A program made the position numbers and the translations under genes. Under the pieces are notes generated by a model. It made no database searches, was not told the DNA's origin, and saw nothing but the letters and a program-made list of their open reading frames with translations. From an uncultured Gammaproteobacteria bacterium (GTDB lineage Bacteria; Pseudomonadota; Gammaproteobacteria; SZUA-140), in contig CALZMY010000121.1 in the NCBI GenBank assembly GCA_945788675.1, positions 1-39,493 on the forward strand: a stretch of DNA of 39,493 bases, read 5' to 3'. How positions within the stretch are numbered: the stretch's first letter is position 1; each line of letters starts with the position of its first letter. Below, one piece after another: positions 26,042 to 36,984 of the stretch.

Positions 26042-26896
26042 TCATAACACGCCATCATCACGATGATCCTGCTCAAAGGTCGTCAGACAACGTGCTATCT
26101 CGGCACCCAGCAACACCACCAGCCAGGAGACATAAATCCAGACCAGGAATACCGGTATCACAGCCAACGCGCCATAAATCACCGTATAGGTAGGAAATGC
26201 CAATACGTACCAGGCAAACCCCTTCTTTGCCAGCTCAAATAGCAGTGCCGCCACCACTGCAGCAACCATCCCTGCGCCCCATGAAACTTCACAGTTTGGC
26301 ACCACCACATAAAACAACAATAGCGCAATACCCGTGACCGCAATGGGTGCGACCATCAACAACATATTTTTCATACCCGTAACGGTTTCACCAGCGTCGG
26401 CTACCAATGGCAATGAAACCACATATGAAGTCAGCAAAATACTGGCGGCAAACAGGATGGAACCAAACAGCAGCACCCCACCATAAATCAACAGTGCAGA
26501 GAAAATATTTCGCTTCGGTTTAGCCTGCCAGATATCATTCAATGCAACGTTAATAGCGTTCATCAACATCAATGCGGTCAGCATTAAAAACAGCAGCCCA
26601 ATACCACCACTGCTAGCAGCAGTCTCAACGAATTGCTGAAAGTGTACCTGTAACTGCTGGCTGGATGCCGGCACAAAATTATTAAAGATATAGCCCTGAA
26701 TCTCATCCACCAGCGAAGCAAACAGAGGAAAGAAGGCAAGGATTGAAAAGACAACTGCTAACAATGGTACCAACGACAACAGGGTGGTGTAACTTAACGC
26801 GGCAGCCGTACGGGTACAGTTATCCTGAACAAAACGACGAATCACATAACGCAAAAAAAGAAAGGTAACATGCGCGCGGCCAGGGCTGTTATTCAA
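26042..26896 (-). CDS. YihY/BrkB-family inner-membrane protein
   Basis: AAALSYTTLLSLVPLL, ALNDIW, FELAKKGF and YTVIYGALAVIPVFLVWIYVSW. Confidence 0.9.
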   Translation of the reverse strand: MNNSPGRAHVTFLFLRYVIRRFVQDNCTRTAAALSYTTLLSLVPLLAVVFSILAFFPLFASLVDEIQGYIFNNFVPASSQQLQVHFQQFVETAASSGGIGLLFLMLTALMLMNAINVALNDIWQAKPKRNIFSALLIYGGVLLFGSILFAASILLTSYVVSLPLVADAGETVTGMKNMLLMVAPIAVTGIALLLFYVVVPNCEVSWGAGMVAAVVAALLFELAKKGFAWYVLAFPTYTVIYGALAVIPVFLVWIYVSWLVVLLGAEIARCLTTFEQDHRDDGVL

Positions 26897-26905
26897 AATA
26901 GGAAG

Positions 26906-27355
26906 TTATTCGAGATTGAGATCTTGCTCGGCCTGATGCCTCGCTTCATTAGCCAGCCGAATAGCTTCATGAACTCTATTTTCGTCAGCGGCAACCACTG
27001 CCCGGTTAAAAAGCAATGTCGCTTCATTGGAGAGCAGGCCTCGTTCGGTCGCTTTTAGTAATGCCGACTTGGTGGCACTCATCACCTGCGCAATATCCTG
27101 TGCCTTGATCGCCTCCACTCTCGCTGCCGTGGCATCATCACGGGCATCACCAAACTCGCCCAGCTCCAGCTCACGTTCCGCCTTGTTAAGCAATGCCTCG
27201 GCCTGCTGCACTTTTTCGCTGGCATGCTCGGCAGCGCCTGCGTCATGGGCTGCACTCACCGCCTGCCTCGCATCACTCATCTCCTGAGTCGGCGCGCTAG
27301 CACACGCTGCCAGCAACAGGATCCAGGGAATGAATAGAACACTTGATATTCTCAA
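26906..27355 (-). CDS. DUF4398-type helical lipoprotein
   Basis: Lipobox LAAC followed by APTQEMSDARQAVSAA...AGA and Ala-rich helices. Start is uncertain (TTG 27355 or ATG 27382). Confidence 0.7.
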   Translation of the reverse strand: MRISSVLFIPWILLLAACASAPTQEMSDARQAVSAAHDAGAAEHASEKVQQAEALLNKAERELELGEFGDARDDATAARVEAIKAQDIAQVMSATKSALLKATERGLLSNEATLLFNRAVVAADENRVHEAIRLANEARHQAEQDLNLE

Positions 27356-27535
27356 AAAGACACCGCCATAGCAACCACTCATAACACACTGCTGGACAAA
27401 AGAAAAACAGCCCCAATCCTGCATAAACTGAACACAACTGGCTGAAATTATCGCCCTCGTTCTGTAGGCTGTCAAGGAAAGGCGCGTTAGAATAAGCGCT
27501 ATCGGAAACAATCATAAATTCAGGAAAAGTTGCGC

Positions 27536-28478
<943 letters not shown>

Positions 28479-28497
28479 TACAACACCAGATAGCTAA

Positions 28498-29202
28498 TCA
28501 AGTATCACGCGCCATAAACGCTTTCAAAAAGGGAATGGTCAAGCGACGCTGCGCCGCCAATGTGGCATGATCGAGTGCTGCGAGTAGCGAAAACAGCGAG
28601 TGCATGTCGCGTCGTGTACGACTAAAAAGATAATGTGCCACATCATCACCCATCTCCATGCCGATCGCCTGAGCACGCGCCTGTAATGCCAGCACCTTCT
28701 GCTCATCGCCAAGTTCATTAAGCTGAAACACCAGCCCCCAACCCAGGCGCGTCACTAGATCCGGGAGTAATAACGCTAATCCTTGTGGTGCGGCATTTGC
28801 CGAGACAATCAACTGCGCCTCATTAGTCTGCATACGATTATAGAGATGAAAGATCGCCTCTTCCCATTCACGCTGGCCCGCAATTGCCTCAATATCATCG
28901 AGACAGACCAGCGCCAAAGATTCCATCCCTTCAAACAGTGCTGGCGTAAACAACTCATAATCACGCAGTGGCAGATAGACTGCCGCCTCATCACGTGCAG
29001 CAACACGATGACAGGCCGCCTGCATCAGATGTGATTTTCCACTCCCTGCAACACCCCAGATATAGAGTGCCGTCGCATCACCGTCGCGATGCTGCGCTGC
29101 ATGTTGCAACGAGGTAATCGCCTGCTGGTTATCAGCGGGGAAAAAGTTTTCAAAGGTTGCGTGATCACGTAACCGGATACTCAACGGTAACTGCATCGCC
29201 AT
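28498..29202 (-). CDS. hda: DnaA regulatory inactivator Hda
   Basis: Clamp-binding QLPL, TFENF, Walker A GVAGSGKSHL, CLDDI, FHLYN, PDLVTRLGWG and RRLTIPF. Confidence 0.94.
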   Translation of the reverse strand: MAMQLPLSIRLRDHATFENFFPADNQQAITSLQHAAQHRDGDATALYIWGVAGSGKSHLMQAACHRVAARDEAAVYLPLRDYELFTPALFEGMESLALVCLDDIEAIAGQREWEEAIFHLYNRMQTNEAQLIVSANAAPQGLALLLPDLVTRLGWGLVFQLNELGDEQKVLALQARAQAIGMEMGDDVAHYLFSRTRRDMHSLFSLLAALDHATLAAQRRLTIPFLKAFMARDT

Positions 29203-29214
29203 GCCAATAAAGAA

Positions 29215-30375
29215 TTACTCTACCTTGCGCGGAGGTGTTTCAGCAACAGCACCTGCCTCAGATTCAGATTCAGATTCAGATTCAGATTCAGATTCAGATT
29301 CAGATTCAGATTCAGGCACATTATCCGAGCCATAAAGGCTGCTATCAAGATAACGTTCATGGGCATGACGTAGCAGTACCACTAATACCGCTGACACTGG
29401 CAATGCCAGCAAAATGCCAAAGAAACCGAACAGCTGTCCACCCGCCATCACTGAAAAAATCACCATCACAGGATGCAGCCCGATACGTTCACCCACTAGC
29501 CACGGCGTTAACACAAAACCTTCCAGCAACTGTCCAACGCCAAAGACCGCAATCACCAATAACAGCAGTGAAAAGTCGTGCACCTGCACCACCGATGCAA
29601 CGCCAGCAACCACAATGCCTACGATCAAACCGAGGTAAGGAACAAAACTGACTACGCCGGCCAGCAGTCCGATCAGAAAGGCAAGGTCGAGTCCCACCGC
29701 CCACAGGCCAACGGTATAGATCGTACTCAATGCCAACATCACCGAAAGCTGACCACGCATAAAGGTACCTAGCACCTCATCACAATCCATCACCAGACGG
29801 CTCACCAGTGATTCCGATGCGCGCGGTAGCAGCGCCCGCAGGTGCTCCACCAGATCGCCCCAGTCGCGCAACAGATAAAAGGTGACTACTGGAATCAACA
29901 CCAGATTACCCACCCATTCCAGTAGCGCCAGCCCTGATTTTGAGACCACAGCGACGAGGCTGATCGCAGTACCACCCACTTGTCGCCAGTGCTCCACAAA
30001 TGCCTGTTTGAAGAGGTCGAGGTTAAGGGAGTGTTCACCAAAACCCACATGCTGCTGCACCCACGGCAGCGCCACACGTTGAATCCAGTCGACATAAGCG
30101 GGCCAGTTATTGATGAACACCCCCATTTGTCTTTCCAGTAGCGGCACAATCACAATCGGCAACATCAATGCCAGGAGCGAGATAACACTAAAGACCGTCA
30201 ATGTTGAACTGTTGCGAGAGATACCCCGCCGTTCAAGACGTACCACAAACGGATGTCCCAGATAGGCAAGCAGTGCTGCAATCAAAAAAGGTGTTAACAC
30301 TGGCGCAAGCAGATAGAGTAAAACGCCACCCCCCGCCACCAGCATCAATATCCACCACTTCTGTGCTTCAGCCAT
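29215..30375 (-). CDS. AI-2E-family (PerM-like) transporter with a C-terminal (Glu-Ser)n tail
   Basis: PFLIAALLAYL, PVVTFYLLRDW, FMRGQL, FVPYLG and GLHPVMVIFSVMAGGQLFGFFGILLALP. Confidence 0.9.
   Translation of the reverse strand: MAEAQKWWILMLVAGGGVLLYLLAPVLTPFLIAALLAYLGHPFVVRLERRGISRNSSTLTVFSVISLLALMLPIVIVPLLERQMGVFINNWPAYVDWIQRVALPWVQQHVGFGEHSLNLDLFKQAFVEHWRQVGGTAISLVAVVSKSGLALLEWVGNLVLIPVVTFYLLRDWGDLVEHLRALLPRASESLVSRLVMDCDEVLGTFMRGQLSVMLALSTIYTVGLWAVGLDLAFLIGLLAGVVSFVPYLGLIVGIVVAGVASVVQVHDFSLLLLVIAVFGVGQLLEGFVLTPWLVGERIGLHPVMVIFSVMAGGQLFGFFGILLALPVSAVLVVLLRHAHERYLDSSLYGSDNVPESESESESESESESESESEAGAVAETPPRKVE
29261..29314. repeat. Perfect hexanucleotide microsatellite (GATTCA)9 encoding a Glu-Ser repeat
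   Basis: Nine exact GATTCA units, with partial units extending to 29258-29315; read as GAA-TCT codons on the minus strand. Confidence 0.97.
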
Positions 30376-30377
30376 CG

Positions 30378-30950
30378 TCAATCACTTCTGTTTATATCTT
30401 CGCTGGCACGCGCTGCCACCGCACGTCGCCCCCAGGTCCACACATAATCGACACCACTCAACAGGGTCGTCACTAGCACAAAATAGATCATGCCCTCGAT
30501 CAACAGCTCAGGCAGCGGCAACAGACTCATTGATAACACCACCAAAAACCCCAACAGGATCTGCGACACAGTGTTCAACTTGCTAACAAACGACGGACTC
30601 ATGTCATACTGGCCGATCAAGTGGTGATATGCAAAGCCGCCGACGACAATCAATACGTCACGCACCAGTACAATCACCACCAGCCACAGCGGCAACAGCC
30701 CCAACCACGCCAATGAGATGTAGGTACTCACCAACAACAGCTTGTCGGCCAGCGGATCTAGGATCGAGCCAAGACGACTGGCACAGTCATATCGCTTGGC
30801 AATATAGCCATCCAGCCCATCGGAGGCGCCGGCTACTGCAAACAATAACAGTGCGACGCCATAGTGTTCATTGAGTAACGCCAGCACCACTGGCAATACC
30901 AGCAAGATCCGCAGTATGGTAATAATATTGGGGATACCACGAAGGTTCAT
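30378..30950 (-). CDS. CDP-alcohol phosphatidyltransferase family protein (PgsA/cardiolipin-synthase-like)
   Basis: IPNIITILR and signature DGLDGYIAKR...LGSILDPLADKLL. ATGA overlap with the upstream gene. Confidence 0.9.
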   Translation of the reverse strand: MNLRGIPNIITILRILLVLPVVLALLNEHYGVALLLFAVAGASDGLDGYIAKRYDCASRLGSILDPLADKLLLVSTYISLAWLGLLPLWLVVIVLVRDVLIVVGGFAYHHLIGQYDMSPSFVSKLNTVSQILLGFLVVLSMSLLPLPELLIEGMIYFVLVTTLLSGVDYVWTWGRRAVAARASEDINRSD

Positions 30951-32077
30951 GGGGCCAGGCGATACCACAACAATTCATCGACTTCATCGGGCATATTCCA
31001 CGATGACACTGGCAAGGCATCGCTGCTGTCATCGACATTAATGACCGCAGGGGCCTCGATCAGCGTGCGTCCAAAACTGATGATCTGTGCAAGTCCCTCA
31101 CTATTGCCACGCACCTGCAGCGCAAAAGTCACCGCAGCGTCCACCACACTCTCAACCTGCATCGACGTCACCATATCCAGCGATCCTAAAAACTGCGAGG
31201 CACGCGCATAATCTTCCAGGGTGTTGATATCTTTCACCGTCACTCTGACACGGCCACTCTGCGATTCATCGAACACTTTCGCAAAGCGGCGCCCAAGATG
31301 ATCTGCCGTCCCATCGACACCGGCCGACAGCACCTCGGCCTGCAATGGGGAGTTTGATTGCCAGTGTTCCTCGCCTCCGCCCTGATAGAGCGTCCAGCGC
31401 GCTTCCCAGCCACCGCTGCTCTGCCGGTACAGCCTTCCCACCAATACTGCTTCAGTGGCGTAACGGACCGAAGCGGTTAGAATGGCATCCTGAAAGTTAC
31501 CCCAGACATCGGTGAAACGCAGTGCCGCCTGATCCTCAAGATCCCAAAGCGGCACAAATAGCGGCAGGCCGCGACGCTGCGCATGTTGCTGCATCACCTT
31601 TTTCAGCTGCGACAGGGTATCTGCCCCCATCAGGGAACGCTTGCCACCATCATCAACCACCACCCACACTAGAGTGGCAGGGCGCACCTGACCCCACAGC
31701 GGTATACCCGCCTTGCGTAACGATTGATCAATCGCAGCGGGATCGAAACGTATCCATAGCATCTGTGATTGCCCGCCCCCCGCTTCATCACGCTGCCCAG
31801 CCATGCGTGGCAGCTTCCGGTAGCGATATTGCTGCACCAGCTGCAGCGAACGACTGTAGAGTCCTTGCAGCGCATCCACAGCGGGTGTATTGCGATCACC
31901 ACTGATGCGGATCAACACCTCGTCCAGTGCAGCTCGGATGGCCTCGTTGCGTTCATCACGGCCCTGGCTGGTCACCAGCACTTCGGTCTCATACAGACCA
32001 CGCACTTCAGCAGAAAAGGCACTCACTGGCAAAATTAGCGCAAATAAAAGGCCACTGAACAGCCACTCCAGTCGCAT
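30947..32077 (-). CDS. DUF2066-domain exported protein
   Basis: Signal peptide; LYETEV...ALDEVLIRISG...VQQYRY...FDPAAI...WGQVRP...RRGLP..P.WDLED; typical position divergent from purM; RBS AGGA before ATG 32077. Confidence 0.75.
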   Translation of the reverse strand: MRLEWLFSGLLFALILPVSAFSAEVRGLYETEVLVTSQGRDERNEAIRAALDEVLIRISGDRNTPAVDALQGLYSRSLQLVQQYRYRKLPRMAGQRDEAGGGQSQMLWIRFDPAAIDQSLRKAGIPLWGQVRPATLVWVVVDDGGKRSLMGADTLSQLKKVMQQHAQRRGLPLFVPLWDLEDQAALRFTDVWGNFQDAILTASVRYATEAVLVGRLYRQSSGGWEARWTLYQGGGEEHWQSNSPLQAEVLSAGVDGTADHLGRRFAKVFDESQSGRVRVTVKDINTLEDYARASQFLGSLDMVTSMQVESVVDAAVTFALQVRGNSEGLAQIISFGRTLIEAPAVINVDDSSDALPVSSWNMPDEVDELLWYRLAP

Positions 32078-32325
32078 TTTTGTTCCTGTTTTCACCGAGG
32101 ATCCTCTGGTAGTGCGCACGAGAGTGACGGCACGAAGGATGGCACTGCTATCAATATCAATCATAGGCGTTCATTGTATCAGTCAATCGAGCGCTTCCCC
32201 AGATATTACACACCCCGAAGAATCACCCCCAAGCCACGAGCATGGCACATAAATTTACGTTAGAATAGCGTCCGGAGCAGTGCTCTGACAAATCCACCCA
32301 ATCACAGCCATAGTTAGTCGACCCC

Positions 32326-33402
32326 GTGAATTCAGATAATACAAAATCAGAGACCGCAACCAGCACCTCCCTCAGCTACCGTGATGCAGGCGTCGATATC
32401 GATGCCGGTAATGCACTGGTCGAGAAGATCAAGTCCACCGCTAAAAAGACGATGCGCCCTGGGGTACTCTCCGGTCTCGGCGGTTTTGGCGCGCTATTCG
32501 AACTGCCGCTAGAGCGCTATCGCCAGCCGGTGCTGGTCTCCGGTACCGACGGCGTCGGCACCAAACTAAAACTGGCGATCGAAACTGGCAAACACGACAC
32601 CATCGGTATCGACCTGGTGGCGATGTGTGTCAACGATCTGATCGTGCAGGGGGCGGAACCACTTTTTTTTCTCGACTACTACGCCACCGGCAAACTGGAT
32701 GTTAACGCCGCCGCCGAGGTGATTCAAGGGATTGGCAAAGGGTGTAAGCTAGCCGGTGCCGCGCTGAGCGGCGGTGAAACGGCCGAAATGCCGGGCATGT
32801 ATCAAACGGGAGACTACGACGTCGCCGGTTTTTGCGTCGGTGTCGTCGAAAAGGATCTAATCATCGATGGCAGCAAGGTTGCCGCAGGAGATGCGCTAAT
32901 TGGCCTCGCCTCATCAGGTCCGCACTCTAACGGCTATTCACTGATCCGCAAGATCATCGAACACTGCGGCGCTGACCTCGGACAACCCTTTGGGGACAGC
33001 ACCCTCGGCGAGACCCTGCTGACACCGACGCGTATCTACATCAAACCATTATTAGACCTGTTCAAACAGATCGATGTCCATGCGCTGTCGCACATCACCG
33101 GCGGTGGCCTGCTGGAAAATCTGCCTCGCGTCATGCCTGAAGGTACCCGTGCTGAAATCGACTGCCACGCCTGGCCACGCCCGGCCATCTTTGACTGGCT
33201 GCAGCAACAGGGCAATGTCACTGTTGAAGAGATGCACCGCACCTTTAACTGTGGAGTCGGCATGGTGCTATGTGTCGCCGCAGACGATGCCAACCAGACC
33301 ATCGAACTGTTACAGCAACTGGGAGAACAGGCGTGGCAGATCGGCACCATTCAGTCGGCCCCAAATGAAACCGCAAGCGTGACACTCTCTAATACTAAAT
33401 GA
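32326..33402 (+). CDS. purM: Phosphoribosylformylglycinamidine cyclo-ligase (AIR synthetase)
   Basis: [54 protein letters not shown] and TFNCGVG. Confidence 0.97.
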   Translation: MNSDNTKSETATSTSLSYRDAGVDIDAGNALVEKIKSTAKKTMRPGVLSGLGGFGALFELPLERYRQPVLVSGTDGVGTKLKLAIETGKHDTIGIDLVAMCVNDLIVQGAEPLFFLDYYATGKLDVNAAAEVIQGIGKGCKLAGAALSGGETAEMPGMYQTGDYDVAGFCVGVVEKDLIIDGSKVAAGDALIGLASSGPHSNGYSLIRKIIEHCGADLGQPFGDSTLGETLLTPTRIYIKPLLDLFKQIDVHALSHITGGGLLENLPRVMPEGTRAEIDCHAWPRPAIFDWLQQQGNVTVEEMHRTFNCGVGMVLCVAADDANQTIELLQQLGEQAWQIGTIQSAPNETASVTLSNTK

Positions 33403-34082
33403 GCAAAACCAATAGTGGGAGCACAGCCGCACTGCCCATTGTCGTGCTGATCTCAGGCAGCGGCAGTAACCTGCAGGCCATCATTGACGCCATCCGCGAT
33501 GACGGCCTGCCAGGCGAAATCCGCGCGGTCATCAGCAATCGTCCAGATGCTTATGGCCTGGTGCGTGCTCGTGCTGCGAATATCCCTGCAGAAGTTATCG
33601 ACCACACCACTTTCAACAATCGCACCGAATATGAAGTGGCACTACAACAGCTAATCGACCAATATTCCCCGGCACTGGTAGTACTCGCAGGCTACATGCG
33701 CATCCTCGGTGCTGCATTTGTCGAGCATTACCAGGGACGGATGCTGAATATTCACCCATCGCTACTGCCCGAGTTCCCCGGCCTCAATACCCACCAGCGT
33801 GCGCTGGATGCGGCCGTTGCAGCACACGGCGCAAGCGTCCATCTGGTCACCAATGAACTCGATGGTGGTCCAGTGATCATTCAGGCGGCAGTACCACTAC
33901 TGCCAAACGATGATGCCACAGTGCTGGCGGAACGCGTCCAGACGCAGGAACATCAGATCTACCCCCTCGCCATCCGCTGGTTTGCAGAAGGGCGACTGAC
34001 AGTAAAAGCGGGTGACATCCTGCTCGACCAAAAGCCTCTGAATCAGCCCATCAACTACCGCCCAACTACTGTCTCACCATGA
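33399..34082 (+). CDS. purN: Phosphoribosylglycinamide formyltransferase
   Basis: [32 protein letters not shown]...ELDGGP and EHQIYP. Confidence 0.97.
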   Translation: MSKTNSGSTAALPIVVLISGSGSNLQAIIDAIRDDGLPGEIRAVISNRPDAYGLVRARAANIPAEVIDHTTFNNRTEYEVALQQLIDQYSPALVVLAGYMRILGAAFVEHYQGRMLNIHPSLLPEFPGLNTHQRALDAAVAAHGASVHLVTNELDGGPVIIQAAVPLLPNDDATVLAERVQTQEHQIYPLAIRWFAEGRLTVKAGDILLDQKPLNQPINYRPTTVSP

Positions 34083-34510
34083 ACAGACTAGCGCGACTCT
34101 CGCAACACCTCCATTCAATGGCGGTGCCACAATCCTATTTGATTCTGCCATTTCTATATATGGGGATTATTTTTTTGCTCTCGTCAATTAGCGGCGATGA
34201 TTCTCTCAAAATTGTCGACCCGTTCACTGGCGCCATCAAAACGATTATCTACAATGGCGCCCATATACCGCTGTTTGCGTTACTAGCGTGGCTCTGGTGC
34301 TGGACGCTGGCAGGCTGGAATATTTCACTTAGCGGACGCCTGATGCTCGCCTTCTGCTTAACCACAACTTATGGGATCGTGGATGAGTGGCACCAAAGTT
34401 TCACGCCGGGACGAGATACTTCCTTTTTAGACGTCATGCTTGATATGCTAGGTGCCTGCATCGCAGTGCACTTTTATCGCGAACAACAGCGGGCAACCGC
34501 AAACGGGTAA
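34079..34510 (+). CDS. VanZ-family membrane protein
   Basis: IFLLSS, H...F..L and YGIVDEWHQSFTPGRDTSFLDVMLD; ATGA overlap with purN. Confidence 0.82.
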   Translation: MNRLARLSQHLHSMAVPQSYLILPFLYMGIIFLLSSISGDDSLKIVDPFTGAIKTIIYNGAHIPLFALLAWLWCWTLAGWNISLSGRLMLAFCLTTTYGIVDEWHQSFTPGRDTSFLDVMLDMLGACIAVHFYREQQRATANG

Positions 34511-34555
34511 TCCATGTTTATCACCAGAAACCACATCTATACTGAAGGATCGATA

Positions 34556-35221
34556 GTGAAAAAAATATTCATTTTTTTTCTGATGAGCGTAGCCACCACG
34601 GCCGCCTATGCTGAAACCCGCTATATCACCGATCGCCTCGAGGTTACGATGCGTAGCGGTGAAAGCAATCAACACAAAATCCTGCGCATGCTCGGCAGCG
34701 GTACCGCACTGGAGCTGATCCAGACCAATCCTGACTCTGGCTACTCTCAAATTCGTACCGCCAATGGCGCAGAGGGATGGGTGATTACCCGCTACCTGGA
34801 GCAACAACGTAGCGCACGTGATCGTCTCGCTACCACAGCAAAGCAACTGGCGCGCATTAAAGCAGAAAACAAGACGCTAAATGACAAGCTGGCACAGCTC
34901 ACTCAGCAAAATCGAGAACTCACCTCAACCACCACCAAGCTGAGTGCTGAAAATGAAAAACAATCGAAAGAGTTCACACGGGTGCGCAACATCTCATCTA
35001 ACGCACTCGCGCTGGATAGTGAAAACACCACCCTCAGAGAACAGACACGTCAGCTTGAACGCAGCCACCAGGCCTTGCAGCTGGAAAACGACTCGCTCAA
35101 AGATCGTAGCGATCGTGACTGGTTTATTGTCGGCGCAGGCGTTATCCTGCTCGGCATGATCATCGGCCTGATCATTCCCAAGATTAGATGGCGTAAAAAG
35201 TCTGACTGGAGCTCGCTGTAG
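34556..35221 (+). CDS. SH3-domain protein with coiled coil and C-terminal TM (YgiM/TIGR04211 type)
   Basis: Signal AYA-ETRYITD, MRSGES...EGWV..RYL, coiled coil and WFIVGAGVILLGMIIGLIIP-RWRKK. GTG 34556 follows RBS GAAGGA. Confidence 0.85.
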   Translation: MKKIFIFFLMSVATTAAYAETRYITDRLEVTMRSGESNQHKILRMLGSGTALELIQTNPDSGYSQIRTANGAEGWVITRYLEQQRSARDRLATTAKQLARIKAENKTLNDKLAQLTQQNRELTSTTTKLSAENEKQSKEFTRVRNISSNALALDSENTTLREQTRQLERSHQALQLENDSLKDRSDRDWFIVGAGVILLGMIIGLIIPKIRWRKKSDWSSL

Positions 35222-35274
35222 CGCGATTGGGAGTCATATCGCCCAGATGAAACCGGGCTGCTGCGATCAACATA

Positions 35275-35303
35275 AGCCATTGCATCACTGCGATGCAATG
35301 GCT
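35275..35303. terminator. Perfect hairpin between convergent genes
   Basis: AGCCATTGCATC-ACTGC-GATGCAATGGCT, a 12-bp perfect stem without a U-tract. Confidence 0.5.
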
Positions 35304-35333
35304 CATGAAACCCTAACGAACCTCTGATTAATC

Positions 35334-35918
35334 CTAAGCCGCACGGCCCAGGTTCTGAGAAACCGCTTCAACAGTATCCAGACTCAAAGGATTATCACTG
35401 CTGTCTTCCAGAATAGCGTGTATTTCAGTCACTGCCTTGCCGTAATCCTCTGGAGCAATCTTGGCAAAAAGCTTCTCCTGTGAACGCTGTAGTACCCGCT
35501 TTGAAATATGATCATCCGGCTTGAATTCACTCAAAATCGGGGCGTAACGCCACAACACCCCCTCCTCCCCTTCGATATCACGAATATATCCCGTCACCTC
35601 CTCCCGGATAGGATGCTCACGTCGGTTACTGATAATCATCCAGGCCACAAAACCTACCACTGTCGCCGGTATCATCATCACCCACACCAGCTTGGAAAAG
35701 ACCCTGTCGTCAACCGCACCACTCTGTAAACCATACATGCCAACAGCAAAGCCAAGACCGTAAACTATCCCGGCAGCCAGCACCCCAAATAATTTGGTCT
35801 TGTCACGGATTGGCTTGGCGCGTTTTTCGTAATCGAGTCGAGGCACATCGAAGGTTCGTTCAAACTCCCCCAGAATCTCTTTTTTTATCTGTCGTCTATT
35901 TTTTTTCTTCTCGGCCAT
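35334..35918 (-). CDS. Hypothetical two-TM membrane protein
   Basis: Fills the gap between neighbouring genes; basic N-terminus, two hydrophobic helices and a soluble C-terminal domain; RBS AGGGG 7 nt before ATG 35918. No family recognised. Confidence 0.7.
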   Translation of the reverse strand: MAEKKKNRRQIKKEILGEFERTFDVPRLDYEKRAKPIRDKTKLFGVLAAGIVYGLGFAVGMYGLQSGAVDDRVFSKLVWVMMIPATVVGFVAWMIISNRREHPIREEVTGYIRDIEGEEGVLWRYAPILSEFKPDDHISKRVLQRSQEKLFAKIAPEDYGKAVTEIHAILEDSSDNPLSLDTVEAVSQNLGRAA

Positions 35919-36024
35919 ACTCATACCCCTTGCCCACACCTAACTCACCTGCACGTTGCCATTATCGTTGCTCACAGCAGCCATGAATTATACAAAAATG
36001 GGGAATGGATGTGTAACGTTAGCG

Positions 36025-36684
36025 CTACCACGAACGTGGTAGTTTCTGATGAATAATAATGCGTCCACTTTCGACCTGCACATAGCCACCGACGACCAGG
36101 TCCTTCATGATGCGAGTCACCATTTCACGTGATGCGCCAACCATTTTGCCGATATCCTGATGAGTCGGTTTTGGCTCGACAATCATCTTACCTCCCTCCT
36201 CACTCTCCTCCGCGATACTCAGCAGTGTTCTCGCAACCCGTCCATAGACATCAAGCAACGCAAGGTTTTTAACATTATCGGTCAATGCGCGCACTCGCTG
36301 GGTGAGATTTTTAATCACCTTTAGTGCAATCTCAGGATGACTCACCAGCACTTTCTGAAAAGCAGCTTTAGAGATCACACAAAACTGACAGCGCTCAATC
36401 GTAATCACTGACGCAGAGCGAGGTAGATCATCCAGCAGCGCAAGCTCACCAAAATATTCCCCCGCCCCCTGCGTATTCAGAATGACTTCACGCCCTTTTT
36501 CACTGGTTAAAAAGATATTCACCCGGCCACTGAGCACCAAAAACAGTGAATCGGAATCATCACCCTCATGAATCACAATGGTATTTCGGGGAAAACCCCT
36601 TACTGTCGCACCGCCATAGACCACCGCTAGCTCATGCTCATCCAACCCGGCGAAGAGCGGAATATTGGCTAACTGACGATCCAT
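36025..36684 (-). CDS. Crp/Fnr-family transcriptional regulator with a cNMP-binding domain
   Basis: Phosphate-binding cassette FGELALLDDLPRSASV; NLALLDVYGRVA; HTH THQDIGKMVGASREMVTRI; RBS GGAGG. Confidence 0.95.
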   Translation of the reverse strand: MDRQLANIPLFAGLDEHELAVVYGGATVRGFPRNTIVIHEGDDSDSLFLVLSGRVNIFLTSEKGREVILNTQGAGEYFGELALLDDLPRSASVITIERCQFCVISKAAFQKVLVSHPEIALKVIKNLTQRVRALTDNVKNLALLDVYGRVARTLLSIAEESEEGGKMIVEPKPTHQDIGKMVGASREMVTRIMKDLVVGGYVQVESGRIIIHQKLPRSW

Positions 36685-36984
36685 CTAACCTCCGTCAAAC
36701 CCATATAACCCCAGCTATTATCGTTGCTTATTTGAGCCGATCATAACACGCATAAGCAATCTAGCATAAGAAAGCGCGTTCAGAACTTACTAGTTCCCCC
36801 CTTTTACACAATTAAGGTATGCTATTGGTATTTACAAATAAAACATTCAAATAGTTTAATATACTTACATCTCGCTGAAATTTAAACATAATCTCCAGGA
36901 GAAAATGCTAGCAGTGAATAGAGCACGTCTCTCTCAACAAAAAATCACACCATGGTCGTCACCTGATTTACCAGAGGATCTTCT

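Noticed and set aside
29235-29651. Plus-strand ORF with a QIQIQI repeat
   Set aside because: It is the antisense reading of the microsatellite within the well-supported AI-2E gene.
34079-34510. Glycopeptide resistance from the VanZ-family gene
   Set aside because: VanZ-like proteins are widespread and no van cluster is present.
35240-35260. GCCCAGATGAAACCGGGC resembling part of a SAM-I riboswitch
   Set aside because: It lies between convergent 3' ends and lacks the other conserved SAM-I elements.
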